The notes under the pieces are model-generated. The model was given only the letters and a program-made list of their open reading frames with translations, searched no databases and had not been told where the DNA came from. Made by a program: the position numbers and the translations under genes. From positions 103,294,001 through 103,358,000 of the forward strand of contig CM059431.1 of NCBI GenBank assembly GCA_030390025.1: 64,000 bases of DNA, written 5' to 3'. This DNA comes from Squalus acanthias. Taxonomy: Eukaryota. Each line of letters opens with the position of its first letter. The stretch's first letter is position 1. Shown here in pieces: positions 62,420 to 64,000 of this stretch.

Positions 62420-62640
62420 TCCACAGGGACGAGCTGATTGGTTGGACTAATCTGGTTGAATTGTTTGAGGAGGGTCACTAATACGGTGGATGGAGGAGCT
62501 TCAATGGATGTTGTCTGTATGGACCACCAGAAGGCATTTGATAAGGTTCCGCACAAGAGATTATGAGCAAAAAAAAGTGGGAGCGCACAGAATTGGAGGA
62601 AACCTTGGGACATGGGTTAGGAATTGGGAAAGGGCAAGTT
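62420..62640 (+). mobile_element. Old CR1 RT fragment
   Basis: TNLVELFE..MDVVCMDHQKAFDKVPHKRL. Confidence 0.8.
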
Positions 62641-62841
62641 CTAGGAGCAGAATTCTGTAAGTGAAGAAAATTCCACATATTTTAAAAGAAAAACACGAGC
62701 AGATCTGCTTGGCAAAGGCAGTTTGCAATTTGAATGAATGGAGTTTACGAATGAAACTTTGAAAGAAAGGAAGAAAGACTTGCATTGATACAGCGCCTTT
62801 CATGACCGCCGGACGTCTCAAAGTGTTTTACAGCCAATGAA

Positions 62842-63416
62842 ATACAAATGCAGATTGGGGGACCGCTTTGCGGAACACCTCCGTTCAGTCCGTAAGGGTG
62901 ACCCCGAGCTTCCGGTCGCTTGTCGCTTTAATTCTCCGCTCCACTCCCACTCAGACCTCACCGTCCTCGGCCTCTTACACTGTTCCAACGAAGCTCAACG
63001 TAAGCTCGAGGAACAGCACCTCATCTTTCGATTAGGCACTTTACAGCCTTCTGGACTCAGCATTGAGTTCAACAATTTCAGACTATAACCTCTGCCCCTA
63101 TTTTTTCAGGCGGCAGCTGTTGATTATTCTGCCATCCCCATTTGCAACATTTAATCTCTCCTGCCTTCCACCCTATTATAGACCGTCCCTTTTTCTTTTT
63201 TCTTTTCTCTTTCCTCCCCTCCCCCCCCGCTTTCCCTGCCTCTGCATCTTGCTTAAAACCTGTTACATCTCTAACTTTTTCCAGTTCTGACGAAGGGTCA
63301 CAGACCTGAAACGTTGACTCTGTTTCTCTCTCCACGGATGCTGCCTGACCTGCTGAGCATTTCCAGCATTTTCTGCTGTTATTTCAGATTTCCAGCATCC
63401 GCAGTATTTTGCTATT
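62842..63416 (+). mobile_element. Penelope-like element 3' part (GIY-YIG C-terminal region and terminal repeat) inserted in a SINE
   Basis: RLGDRFAEHLRSV..PVA..FN..RKLEEQHLIFRLGTLQPSGL. Confidence 0.88.
63283..63319 (+). ncRNA. Candidate minimal type I hammerhead ribozyme
   Basis: AGTT-CTGACGA-A-GGGTC/ACA/GACCT-GAAA-CGTT-GACT: conserved core, stem II, palindromic AACGTT and a 4 bp stem I. Confidence 0.7.
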
Positions 63417-64000
63417 AGGTTTGGAGTATAGTCACTGAAGTACCGTAGGAAACGCGGCAGCCAATATGCGCACAGCAAGCTCCCACAAACAGCAATGCGA
63501 TAATGACTAGATAATCTGTTTTTTGTTATGTTGATCGAGGGATAAATATTGGCCCGGACACCTGGCTTTGTTTCCAAAGAGAGTTTGAAATTACCACTGA
63601 ACAAATGGTATCTCCAAATTTGGGACAGAAATCATGATTTGGCTGTTACAATCTAAAGTTACAGTCTCCACAATTTATGAATAAATTTACTAAGTCTAAA
63701 ATACCACAATATGCAGTAGAACAAATTCATAGAATCCTACAGCACAGAAGGAGGCCACTCGGCCCATCGTGCTCTTTGAAAGAGCTCTCCAATTAGTCCC
63801 ACTCACCCTGCTCTGGTTGAGGGGGATATATTGGCCAGGACACTGGGGAGAACTCCCCTGCTCTTCTTCGAAATAGTGCCATGGGATCTTTTACGTCCAC
63901 CTGAGAGGGCAGACGGGACCTCGGTTTAACATCTCATCTGAAAGACGGCACCTTCGACAGTGCAGCTCTCCCTCAGCATTGCACTGGGAGCGTCAGCCTA

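Overview
Repeat-dominated vertebrate DNA. The repeat families (CR1 LINEs with TTCTATG-type tails, Deu-domain tRNA SINEs, Penelope ends) suggest a cartilaginous fish; this is an inference. No host protein-coding exon can be supported. The window contains many CR1 copies, including one with an uninterrupted ORF2 (34.0-37.1 kb) and one full-length copy (57.1-61.5 kb, minus). It also holds a complete PIF/Harbinger transposon (47758-51924) with about ten derivatives and MITEs, two ~1.46 kb solo LTRs, Penelope fragments with a hammerhead motif, L2 ends, many SINEs and a degenerate tRNA-Asp. Main signals: (1) two divergent CR1 subfamilies have TTTAAAC directly before the ORF1 stop, with an AUG-less ORF2 in the -1 frame, predicting programmed -1 frameshifting and an ORF1-ORF2 fusion; (2) the solo LTRs have foamy-virus-like architecture; (3) Harbinger elements repeatedly insert into CR1 3' tails; (4) a 79 bp locally templated insert lies at a CR1 5' junction. 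Boundaries without TIR or TSD support are approximate, and family names come from recognition, not from searches.
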